From Capsulimonadales bacterium (GTDB lineage Bacteria > Armatimonadota > Armatimonadia > Armatimonadales > Armatimonadaceae): a DNA stretch of 11,537 nucleotides. The stretch covers positions 1-11,537 of the forward strand of contig JANRLW010000005.1 in assembly GCA_033762295.1 (NCBI GenBank), in the 5' to 3' direction. How positions within the stretch are numbered: the stretch's first letter is position 1; each line of letters opens with the position of its first letter. Positions 1 to 7,842 of the stretch are shown piece after piece. The position numbers were made by a program, and so were the translations under genes. The notes below the pieces were generated by a model. That model made no database searches. It was not told the origin of the DNA and saw nothing but the letters and a program-made list of their open reading frames with translations.

Positions 1-461
1 CGTTTGACCGGCACGGTCATCATGGACTGAGTCTGGTAGCCGGTCTCGCGGTCGATCTCGGGGTTAAAATCCTTGCGTTCGGCGACATTCCCGGTGAGCA
101 GGGACTGACGTGTGCGGAAAACCGTCCCGCAGATGCCCTGATCCGCCGGGATGCTTTTGCCGATCAGCCGGTCGCCCGCGCCGCCGAGAACGTTTCGAAA
201 GACCAGGGTATCCGTTGTCGGGTCGAAGAGCAGAAGCGAACCGGCATCGGCGCGAAGGACGTCCAGAGCGATCTCCAGCGTCGCCCGGATGATGGCGTCG
301 ACGCTGGCGTGGGAGAAGAGGGCATCGCTGGTCCGGCGGATCGCTTCAATCTGGCGGTTCTCATGTTCGAGGGCGGCGAGCAGTTCCTCGCGCGTCATGT
401 CGGACGGCGAAATAGCGGACGGACTCCGCGTCTCGGCTCTCTCCTCTCCGTTCCCGGTCAC
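1..461 (-). CDS. GAF domain-containing signalling protein, N-terminal part only (continues beyond window start; output domain not visible)
   Basis: Absent from the ORF track because it has no stop in the window. Manual translation from ATG 398: MTREELLAALEHENRQIEAIRRTSDALFSHASVDAIIRATLEIALDVLRADAGSLLLFDPTTDTLVFRNVLGGAGDRLIGKSIPADQGICGTVFRTRQSLLTGNVAERKDFNPEIDRETGYQTQSMMTVPVK. GSLLLFD, QGICGTV and FNPEIDRETGYQTQSMMTVP are typical GAF patterns. The frame is open back to ATG 563. Candidate starts are ATG 563, GTG 461 (GGGGGT upstream) and ATG 398. Confidence 0.85.
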   Translation of the reverse strand, partial: MTGNGEERAETRSPSAISPSDMTREELLAALEHENRQIEAIRRTSDALFSHASVDAIIRATLEIALDVLRADAGSLLLFDPTTDTLVFRNVLGGAGDRLIGKSIPADQGICGTVFRTRQSLLTGNVAERKDFNPEIDRETGYQTQSMMTVPVK

Positions 462-559
462 GCCCGCACCCCCGTTTCTGAAGGTTTTGTTGAGTATCCT
501 ATCGCGGACGCATTCGGCGTGCCAAAGTTCGATCGGACGCCGGAACCCGGTAATTTTCG

Positions 560-2140
560 TCATTCCTCCGTCAGCGTGAAATCGACTTCGAAGGTGCGAC
601 GCCAGGGCAGCCGGACCGAGCCGGGCGCGATCCGGAGTCCGACCCCGATGCCGCGCGGCTGCAATCGCTCCGTCAGCACCTGCGTCAGTCCGGAGGCGAT
701 CGCGTCACAGACCGCGGCCACCTGCTCCGGCGACTCCGGGTCAGGGTCGCGCCGACCGAACGTACGTTCGCAGAAGAGCCGCGCTTCCCGACGTACTCGC
801 GCCTGATAGCCGTAATCCTCCAGGAAGCGATGGGTCAGGAACGCCGCCTGCGACCGCCGTCGCGCCGGATCGTCGCCGATAAACCGCGAGCAGACCGCCT
901 GCGCGACGACCGTCCCGAGCGTGTTCCCGGCCGTGTTCCAGCCGCCGTACGCGGCAAGCGAGGAGGGATCGACCGGCGAATCGGGCGCAAGGAGCCTTTC
1001 CATCGCCAGCGGGTCGGAACCGTTGGGGTAGGCGACGTCCCCGAGGGCGACCGACCGGCCCGCCCGCCGCCACTCACCCATCCGTTCGAACAGGTCGCGG
1101 TAGTGCGGTTCCCGGTCGGCGCGTTCGGCGGCGGCAAACTCCTCGCGGAACTCGGTGCGTCGTGGCGAGGGCGGCAGGACGGCCAGGAGAATATCGGCGG
1201 CGTCGGCGGCGGGAGCGACCTCCGCGCCGCAGGCACGGATCTGCCCCTCAACGGTCAGGCGGACCGCCCGGTCCTCGTAGGGCGCGATGATCTCCTCACC
1301 GCCCGGTACGGCGTACACCGGGTGAATCGTCGGACGAACCCCGTGGAATTGGCAGATCATCCGCGCGGTCAGGGCGGAACCGACCTCATCCGCGCCCGGA
1401 TGGATCAGCAGGCGATCGCCGATCGTCGGAGCGAGCAGACCCAGCCAGTGCTCAAGCCAGAGCTTTTCCTGCGAGGCGAGACCCCATTCCGCCGTATCGT
1501 CCGACGTGATCAACAGCAGAGCGATCCGCTCCCGCGCCAGCAGATCGATCAGGGACAGGTTGACGGTATGGTTTCGCAGTCGGCGGTTCAGCCAGTCCGT
1601 TCGGATCGCAACCGGGACCTCCGCTTCCAGCCGTTCCAGGGCTTCCCGCTCGTCCGAGGTCAGCGCGTTCGCGGCCCGGCGGTGGAGCAGGCGGGAGTAA
1701 CCATGGAGACGACGACCGTACTCGCACCAGTAGAGCGGTTCCTCGACGCAGTCATCGGCGTTCGGAATCCGGGTGATCAGATTGAACGCGTACACCGGCT
1801 TGCCGTGGCGACCGATCTCCTCCGGAACGGCCAGACGGGGCAGGGCTTCGGCGACGCTCTCCCCGGTCGTGCGTGAGCCGATCAGGTTGCCATAGGCCAG
1901 ATACTCGACGGAGACGACCGCGCCGTCCGTCTCCGTCCCGGTGTGACGCAGCCAGTCGGCGACGGCGGACAGGTCGGCCGGATTCCGCTGCCGGCCTCGT
2001 ATCTCCTCCGGCGGGAGCGAGACACGGACACCGGCGATCGCGCCGATCATCTGCGGGTAACGGGTATTGACGGGGCGCTCGTCCAGCGGCGCCAGGGCGA
2101 TGGTGAATGGGTCAGCGGGCAAGTTCGTCTCCTCAGGCAC
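560..2140 (-). CDS. DUF4127 family protein (unknown function, no obvious signal peptide)
   Basis: Motifs PLDERP, LAYGNLIGSR, YAFNLITRIP, EEPLYW, DD, HPGADE, YEDR, DVAYPNG, YGGWNTAGNTLG, RFLEDYGYQ and LPWRRTFE match the DUF4127 pattern. The ORF track uses TTG 2164; GTG 2140, which overlaps the ROK stop (GTGCCTGA), is preferred. Confidence 0.85.
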   Translation of the reverse strand: MPEETNLPADPFTIALAPLDERPVNTRYPQMIGAIAGVRVSLPPEEIRGRQRNPADLSAVADWLRHTGTETDGAVVSVEYLAYGNLIGSRTTGESVAEALPRLAVPEEIGRHGKPVYAFNLITRIPNADDCVEEPLYWCEYGRRLHGYSRLLHRRAANALTSDEREALERLEAEVPVAIRTDWLNRRLRNHTVNLSLIDLLARERIALLLITSDDTAEWGLASQEKLWLEHWLGLLAPTIGDRLLIHPGADEVGSALTARMICQFHGVRPTIHPVYAVPGGEEIIAPYEDRAVRLTVEGQIRACGAEVAPAADAADILLAVLPPSPRRTEFREEFAAAERADREPHYRDLFERMGEWRRAGRSVALGDVAYPNGSDPLAMERLLAPDSPVDPSSLAAYGGWNTAGNTLGTVVAQAVCSRFIGDDPARRRSQAAFLTHRFLEDYGYQARVRREARLFCERTFGRRDPDPESPEQVAAVCDAIASGLTQVLTERLQPRGIGVGLRIAPGSVRLPWRRTFEVDFTLTEE

Positions 2141-3071
2141 GATCCGTCGACAGATCGATCGCAAGGCTGGCCGCGCCGATGAGGGAGGCGTCGGCTCCCA
2201 GACCGGCGGTTCGAATCGGGGTGGCGCGCACGGCGGGCAGGGCGCGTCCGGCGACGACCTGCCGGGCGGGTTCCAGCAGCAGATCGCCGAGACCGGCCAG
2301 TCCCCCGCCGATGATGACCTGCTCCGGCCCGAAGAGGTTCACCAGCGATACCAGGCCGAGGCCGAGCAGTTCTCCGCAGAGCCGGATCGCGCGGCCTGCG
2401 GGACTGTCCGGGTCTTGCCGGGCGAGGTCGGCGAGAGCGATTCCCTCCGGCAACGGGGGGCCGCCGAGGGCCGCATACTGACGTCGAAGGGCGGGCCCGC
2501 TCACATACTGTTCCAGGCAGCCCTTTCCGCCGCAGGTACAGGGCAGTCCGTCGGCGATCAGGACCAGGTGACCGATCTCGCCGCTGACCCCGGTGCGGCT
2601 GCGATGCAGTCGCCCGCCACTGACGATGCCTCCGCCGACGCCGGTGCCGAGGGCCAGATAGACCAGATTCGAGCAGCCTCGCCCCGCCCCGAACCGCGTT
2701 TCTCCCGCCGCCAGGGCATTGACATCGTTGTCCGCCGCGCAGGGAACGGACAGGGCCTTCTCGAAAGCGACGGCGATGCCGGTGCCGGCCCAACCGGGCA
2801 GCAATGCGGTCGCGGACAGGACGGTTCCGGTTTCGGCGTCGATCTGACCGCCCGCACCGACGCCGACGGCGGCGGGGGACGGAAGCCCGTCGGCGAGAGC
2901 GGCGTCCCGCAGCCGGGAAGCCAGGTCGATCGCCCGTGCCAGGACGGCGGGACCGCCCTCGGCCGCAAAGGTCGGGACCCGGTCCTGCCGCAGGACCGCG
3001 CCGGTTTCCGCATCGACCACGCCGCCGGCGATCTTGGTCCCGCCGATATCGATTCCCAGAAGCGTTTTCAT
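2133..3071 (-). CDS. ROK family sugar kinase, probable N-acetylmannosamine kinase (NanK-like)
   Basis: [13 protein letters not shown] loop, [24 protein letters not shown] and the Zn motif [10 protein letters not shown]. No N-terminal HTH. ATGA overlap with nanE. Substrate is inferred from gene context. Confidence 0.9.
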   Translation of the reverse strand: MKTLLGIDIGGTKIAGGVVDAETGAVLRQDRVPTFAAEGGPAVLARAIDLASRLRDAALADGLPSPAAVGVGAGGQIDAETGTVLSATALLPGWAGTGIAVAFEKALSVPCAADNDVNALAAGETRFGAGRGCSNLVYLALGTGVGGGIVSGGRLHRSRTGVSGEIGHLVLIADGLPCTCGGKGCLEQYVSGPALRRQYAALGGPPLPEGIALADLARQDPDSPAGRAIRLCGELLGLGLVSLVNLFGPEQVIIGGGLAGLGDLLLEPARQVVAGRALPAVRATPIRTAGLGADASLIGAASLAIDLSTDRA

Positions 3072-3772
3072 CGGGAGAGCGCCCCTGCGAACCGGGCGGT
3101 AATCTGCTGCGGACGGGTGATGGCCCCGCCGACCACCACGGCGAACGCGCCGACGTCCAGAGCGGCGCGCGCCTGTTCCGGCGAATGGATGCGGCCCTCG
3201 GCGATGACCGGAACCGGAAGTTCCCGCGCCGCCAGACGGGCGACCAGTTCGAGGTCGGGCCCGTCGAGGCGCGGGGAGTCGTCCGTGTAGCCGGAAAGCG
3301 TGGTCGAGATCAGGTCCGCGCCCGCTTCGACCGCGGCCAGCGCGTCCCGCTCGGTGGCGATGTCCGCCATCACCGGACGGCCGGTCGCCGCTTTGACGGC
3401 CCGGATCAGGTCCGCCGCCGAACCCTCGGGATGCGGGCGCAGCGTGGCATCGACCGCGAGGATATCCGCGCCCGCCGCCGCGACCGCTTCGGCATCGGCA
3501 AGGCGGGGCGTAATATAGACGTCCTCAAACCCCGGCAGAACCACCTTCCAAAGACCGATCAACGGCAGGTCCGGAACGGCGGCCCGGATGGCGCGGATAT
3601 CCTCCGGGGTATTGGCGCGAATGCCGACCGCGCCGCCCTGACGCGCGGCCACGGCCAGCCGCGCCATGATCGACGAACCGAACAGCGGCTCGTCCGGCAG
3701 CGCCTGACAGGAGACGATCAGCCCGCCCCGCAGTCGGGCGGGAATCGACGATGTAGCGTTGTTATGTATCAC
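3068..3772 (-). CDS. nanE: N-acetylmannosamine-6-phosphate 2-epimerase
   Basis: [23 protein letters not shown] (catalytic Lys), VYITP, DATLRP, MADI, TTLSGYT, IAEGRI and [10 protein letters not shown]. 234 aa, GTG start. Confidence 0.95.
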   Translation of the reverse strand: MIHNNATSSIPARLRGGLIVSCQALPDEPLFGSSIMARLAVAARQGGAVGIRANTPEDIRAIRAAVPDLPLIGLWKVVLPGFEDVYITPRLADAEAVAAAGADILAVDATLRPHPEGSAADLIRAVKAATGRPVMADIATERDALAAVEAGADLISTTLSGYTDDSPRLDGPDLELVARLAARELPVPVIAEGRIHSPEQARAALDVGAFAVVVGGAITRPQQITARFAGALSR

Positions 3773-3779
3773 CTGAGCA

Positions 3780-3785
3780 AGTATA
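3780..3785 (-). promoter_or_regulatory. Candidate -10 element (TATACT) of the nanE operon, possibly giving a leaderless mRNA
   Basis: The minus strand reads TATACT-tgctcag-GTG, with no SD before the GTG and no good -35 match. Confidence 0.4.
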
Positions 3786-3808
3786 TACCCTGTTTCGCGG
3801 CGGACGAC

Positions 3809-4945
3809 TCAGGGACGGCGCAGGAAAATATCGGCAATCACCGGACAGTGGTCCGAGGCGAGGTCCGTGCCGGCGAAACATCGCGCGATTCCCCAGTGAT
3901 CGCTGACGAAGATATGGTCGATACGGACATAGGAGTGTCGCGCTTTGGTCGCCCGACCGTAGGTATAACCGTAGCCGAATCCGGCGGCGCGAAAGGCGTC
4001 CCGCACCCCGGCGCGTTCGATCGTGCGGCAGACCAGCCCCTGTTGCGGGGCGTTGAAGTCCCCGGCGACGATCACCGGGCCGTTTTCCTGACCGATACGT
4101 TCGGCGAGTCGTTCGGCCTCGATCAGGCGCGACTCGGTGTTGCGCTTCAACCCGTCGATCTCCCTTCGGCGCACCGAAACCAGTCCGTAGCGGGGGGAGA
4201 GCAGATGGGCGGTGATGAAGGCAAGGGGGACGCCGTCGACCGTGACCGTTCCGCGGGTGGCGTGGTGATTGCTGTTCGGGAAACTGATATCGATCCACTC
4301 GAGTTCGGAGAGCGGGAGACGGGAGGCGGCGATGTACTGTCCGCTTTCCCGGATATTCCATCCGGCCAGCGCCTTCCCCAGTTTCTTTTGCAGGACACCC
4401 GCCGAATCCTGCATCAGCAGCAGATCGGGGTTATGGCGGATCACCTCCTCCGCCAGCCGGGTTTCGTCCCGTTCGCCCCATTTGACGTTGTAGGTCATGA
4501 CCCGCAGACGCAGCGCGTCGGGCGGCGGGGATTGCGGCCATCCCCAGGTAAAGCCCATCAGCGGTCCCGCCACCCAGAGAATCAGGGCGATCGGCACCCC
4601 GATCCAGCGAACGGCGAAGAGGGCGTACAGGAGCAGGAGGAGCGGAAGAGGAATCCCCCAGACCCACTGGGGCATGTAGAGATTGAAACTGGTAAACCAC
4701 CAGCGTTCCGGCCCGACGAGATTGGCGATCGTCAGAAGAAGCAGGGGAAGGGCGGCCAGTCCGGTGAGGAATCGCAGCCAGACGGGCGGACGACGGCGTT
4801 TCGCCGGGCGTGTTTCCTCATCCGGGACAGCGGTCGCCAGCGGGTCCAGAAGCGTCCGGCAGCGTCCGCATCGATAGTTTCCGTCGGATCGGGGCGGATC
4901 GGGCAGCCGGTTTTTTTGACCGCACCGGGGGCAGGGAAAGATCAC
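3809..4945 (-). CDS. Membrane-anchored endonuclease/exonuclease/phosphatase (EEP) family protein with N-terminal CxxC...CxxC zinc ribbon
   Basis: N-terminus CPRCGQKNRLP...CGRCRTLL, then about 3 hydrophobic helices. EEP motifs LRVMTYNV, PDLLLMQD, TAHL, VAGDFN, RIDHIF and SDHCPV. AAGAGG SD 8 nt before the GTG. Confidence 0.9.
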   Translation of the reverse strand: MIFPCPRCGQKNRLPDPPRSDGNYRCGRCRTLLDPLATAVPDEETRPAKRRRPPVWLRFLTGLAALPLLLLTIANLVGPERWWFTSFNLYMPQWVWGIPLPLLLLLYALFAVRWIGVPIALILWVAGPLMGFTWGWPQSPPPDALRLRVMTYNVKWGERDETRLAEEVIRHNPDLLLMQDSAGVLQKKLGKALAGWNIRESGQYIAASRLPLSELEWIDISFPNSNHHATRGTVTVDGVPLAFITAHLLSPRYGLVSVRRREIDGLKRNTESRLIEAERLAERIGQENGPVIVAGDFNAPQQGLVCRTIERAGVRDAFRAAGFGYGYTYGRATKARHSYVRIDHIFVSDHWGIARCFAGTDLASDHCPVIADIFLRRP

Positions 4946-4958
4946 GGAGATCGCCTCT

Positions 4959-4982
4959 TTATTTCCTGGTTCTCGATCGCAT
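4959..4982 (-). other. Candidate leader mini-ORF MRSRTRK upstream of the EEP gene
   Basis: The minus strand reads AAGGAG-aaccg-ATG CGA TCG AGA ACC AGG AAA TAA. The stop codon overlaps the EEP SD (TAAAGAGG). Confidence 0.35.
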
Positions 4983-5246
4983 CGGTTCTCCTTACGAGAT
5001 GCGCAGAGCGAACATTACCGAACGTCACGCCTCGTTCGCAGATTTCGTACCGGACCGTTTTTCCGCGAACGGGGTGAGAAAAATTGCACATACGCCAATT
5101 CTTTATAGGCAAATATACGGTATTTTACGGTTCATTATGGCGAATAAAACGACTCCGGAACTATGATGTGTTCGGGTTACGAAATACCGCCGGTCCGCAC
5201 GTTTTCGGAGAGGGCGAGAGATCACCGAACGGAAAGGGGAACGTGC

Positions 5247-5363
5247 ATGATTCTTTTGCCATTGACGCCGCGAAAAACGACGTTGTTATCGCGATTTTTG
5301 CACTTTATCGGAGAAATCGCGGTCCTGATCTTCATCCTTGCCGTGATTCTTTGCGTCACCTGA
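5247..5363 (+). CDS. Putative 38-aa single-pass membrane microprotein (MILLPLTPRKTTLLSRFLHFIGEIAVLIFILAVILCVT)
   Basis: Purine-rich SD GGAAAGGGGA before ATG 5247. Basic N-region followed by a long hydrophobic C-terminal helix. No homologue recognised. Confidence 0.45.
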   Translation: MILLPLTPRKTTLLSRFLHFIGEIAVLIFILAVILCVT

Positions 5364-5482
5364 TCGAGCGCCCGTACCGGGCGGCGCTTCGGGTCGTCGC
5401 TCCGGGTCGTCGTGCCGGGAACTTCCTCGCTCGTACGGGTTATGGACAGTAATTCACGAAGAAAACGGCGGAAACTCCATTT

Positions 5483-6007
5483 ATGAACGAGCAGCCCGGA
5501 AATGTCACGGTGTTGATACTGGCAACGAGCCTGGACCCGGAATCACGCTCCTCTCTGCTGGCCCGAGAGGCCCATCGTCAACTCGGGGCGCGCGGTATCG
5601 CGGCGCGATGGATCGACCTGAGGGAACTGTCCGTACCGATCTATCCCGGCGACGGCGAGGAGAATGAAGCGGTGGCGACCCTGAAGGCGGCGGTCGGACA
5701 GGCGACGCACCTCCTGTTCGCCGTGCCGGTCTACAACTGGGATGTCAACGCGGCGGCCAAGAACGTGATCGAATGGCTGTCGACGCACGAACTCGGCGGC
5801 AAGACGGTCGGCTTCCTCTGCGCGGCGGGAGGACCGTCGTCCTATATGTCCGTACTCTCCTTCGCCAACTCCCTGATGCTGGACTTCCGCTGCTGGATCG
5901 TCCCGCGCTTCGTCTACGCCGTCGGCAGCGACTTCTCCGGCGATGGGATCGGTAACCCGCAGGTGATCGAACGGATCGAACGCCTGACGGTCGAAATGTT
6001 CCGTTAA
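5483..6007 (+). CDS. NADPH-dependent FMN reductase family flavoprotein
   Basis: ILATSLDPESRS FMN-phosphate loop, AVPVYNWDVNAAAKNVIEW and GKTVGFLCAAGG. 174 aa flavodoxin-like protein. Confidence 0.9.
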   Translation: MNEQPGNVTVLILATSLDPESRSSLLAREAHRQLGARGIAARWIDLRELSVPIYPGDGEENEAVATLKAAVGQATHLLFAVPVYNWDVNAAAKNVIEWLSTHELGGKTVGFLCAAGGPSSYMSVLSFANSLMLDFRCWIVPRFVYAVGSDFSGDGIGNPQVIERIERLTVEMFR

Positions 6008-6630
6008 CGGCGAAAACGGAGGGTGATCAGCCGGGGAGGCGCGTCGATATCCTCCTCGTGCCACCATTCCCCGAGACGGAGCAGCGACAGCCCGGCGTCC
6101 GCAGCGGCGTTCGTAAAATCGGAGATATGGTGGACGAACGCCGTCAGCTCGACGCGCTCCCCGTCCTGCGCAAAGTTCGCCTTCGTGCCGAGATACTGCC
6201 GAAACGGATGCAGTTCGCTGAGGAGGAACTCACAGCCGGGTTTCAGCGTCCGTGCCGCTTCGGCGAAGATAAAGGCCAGGTCGGCGATATGCTCCAGCAC
6301 CAGGTTCCCGACGATCAGATCGACGGACGCCGCGGCGCAGGGCCACGGGTTCGTGAGGTCCGCCGTCGCGAACGTGACATGGGGCGCGTTCACCTTCGCG
6401 CGGGCCTGCGCCAGCATCCCTTCGGAGAAGTCCAGCGCCAGCACCGCATCGCCGATCTCCGCCAGAAGCCGGGTATTCTTCCCCGTGCCGCAGCCGAGTT
6501 CCAGAATCGAACCGAACCGCCGCCCGGACAGCGCGTCCCGTGTCACTCTCTCGTCCAGGTCGCGCGTGCGATTCCGGTCGGTATCGTAGGTCGCCGCCCA
6601 TCGGGTATAACCGTCACGAACATCGTTCAT
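6004..6630 (-). CDS. Class I SAM-dependent methyltransferase
   Basis: Y..WA..YD N-terminus, motif I ILELGCGTG, ALDFSEGML, DLIVGNLVLEH and LKPG. GGAGG SD upstream. The stop overlaps the FMN reductase stop (TTAA, 6004-6007). Confidence 0.9.
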   Translation of the reverse strand: MNDVRDGYTRWAATYDTDRNRTRDLDERVTRDALSGRRFGSILELGCGTGKNTRLLAEIGDAVLALDFSEGMLAQARAKVNAPHVTFATADLTNPWPCAAASVDLIVGNLVLEHIADLAFIFAEAARTLKPGCEFLLSELHPFRQYLGTKANFAQDGERVELTAFVHHISDFTNAAADAGLSLLRLGEWWHEEDIDAPPRLITLRFRR

Positions 6631-6683
6631 CGTCCGCCTCCGGGAACCGGTACGTCCGGAAAGCGCGATCGTTCCGAATTTCC

Positions 6684-7814
6684 ATGCCGATGTCTGACCC
6701 CGTTCTCCGGTGCTTCACCGGAACGTTCGCTCCGGAACGACGCCCGCCGACCCCGAACCTGCCGTTGCAGGCATGGGATGCCGCCGACGAGTACCTGCTG
6801 GAACTCGCCGGTCAATCCGTGCCGCCACCGGGACAACTGCTGATCGTCAACGACAGCTTCGGCGCGCTGGCGCTGGCGCTGCATGCGTACGCTCCCCGAT
6901 CCTGGGGAGATTCCCATCTGGCGTTCCTTGCCCTGCGTGACAACCTGCGCCGGAACGGCCTTGAAACCGGAAACGTGATGAGCGTTCCCTCGACCGAAAC
7001 ACCCGATCTCGTTCCGAAGGTCGTTCTCTGGCGCGTACCGAAGGCGACGGCGTTCCTGCAGGAACAGGTCGCGCGCCTCGCGGCGGCGCTGCGTCCGGAA
7101 ACCCTGGTCTATGTCGGCGGAATGGAAAAGCATCTGCCGCCGACACTGCGTTCGTTTCTGGAGCCGCTCGGTCCGGTGGACGTACTGCCGGGCCGGAAAA
7201 AGGCGCGGTTGTTCCGGGTCACGCCCGATCCCGACCTGCCGTCGCCGACGATGCCCGCCGAGACGGAGTATGCCGTTCCGGAGTTTGGCCTGACCCTGAC
7301 CGCCGGGCCGAACGTCTACGGGCGGGAGCGTCTCGATCCGGGTTCGGCCCTTCTGCTGAGTACGTTCGACTCGCTGCCGACCGCGCGGCGAATCGCCGAC
7401 CTGGGCTGTGGCAACGGGCTGCTCGGACTGGCGGCGAAGCGACGACTGCCCGGAGCGGAGGTGGTATTATCGGACGAATCCTATCAGGCGGTCGCCGCCG
7501 CCGGGGCGAATTTCGTTCGGAACGGTTTCGAACCGCCGGCCCGGTTCCTCGTCTCCGATCTTTTCGACGAGTACGAGGGCGAACCGTTCGACCTGATCCT
7601 CTGCAACCCGCCGTTTCATCAGGGGCATACGATCGGGGATATGATCGCCTGGCGGATGTTCGTCGAGAGCCGGAAGCGTCTGCGTCCGGGGGGTGAACTG
7701 CGGATCGTCGGCAATCGGCACCTGGGATACCATGTCAAGTTGAAGCGTCTCTTCGGCAACGTTCGCACGATCGCCGCCGATCCCCGGTTCGTCGTCCTGA
7801 CCACCCGACGATAG
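6684..7814 (+). CDS. rlmG: 23S rRNA (guanine(1835)-N2)-methyltransferase RlmG homologue
   Basis: LQAWDAADEYLL, LIVNDSFGAL, KKARL, DLGCGNG, DES, CNPPFHQ, AWRMF and GELRIVGNRHLGYH..LKRLFGN follow E. coli RlmG along the full length. Start is ATG 6684 or 6690 (about 376 aa). Confidence 0.88.
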   Translation: MPMSDPVLRCFTGTFAPERRPPTPNLPLQAWDAADEYLLELAGQSVPPPGQLLIVNDSFGALALALHAYAPRSWGDSHLAFLALRDNLRRNGLETGNVMSVPSTETPDLVPKVVLWRVPKATAFLQEQVARLAAALRPETLVYVGGMEKHLPPTLRSFLEPLGPVDVLPGRKKARLFRVTPDPDLPSPTMPAETEYAVPEFGLTLTAGPNVYGRERLDPGSALLLSTFDSLPTARRIADLGCGNGLLGLAAKRRLPGAEVVLSDESYQAVAAAGANFVRNGFEPPARFLVSDLFDEYEGEPFDLILCNPPFHQGHTIGDMIAWRMFVESRKRLRPGGELRIVGNRHLGYHVKLKRLFGNVRTIAADPRFVVLTTRR

Positions 7815-7842
7815 TTTTCGGGAACGCACCCTCGGAATGCCC

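Noticed and set aside
830..5077. Long plus-strand ORFs 830..1876, 2067..3290 and 2804..5077
   Set aside because: They lie antisense to well-supported genes, are Arg/Gly/Pro-rich with no motifs, and are typical high-GC shadow ORFs.
5084..5452. 122-aa ORF with TTG start, and the overlapping 4810..5166 ORF
   Set aside because: No SD, no recognisable motif, atypical codon use; they span the probable promoter region.
6540..6683. 48-aa N-terminal extension of rlmG in the ORF track
   Set aside because: It overlaps the divergent methyltransferase gene; RlmG similarity and length fit a start at 6684 or 6690.
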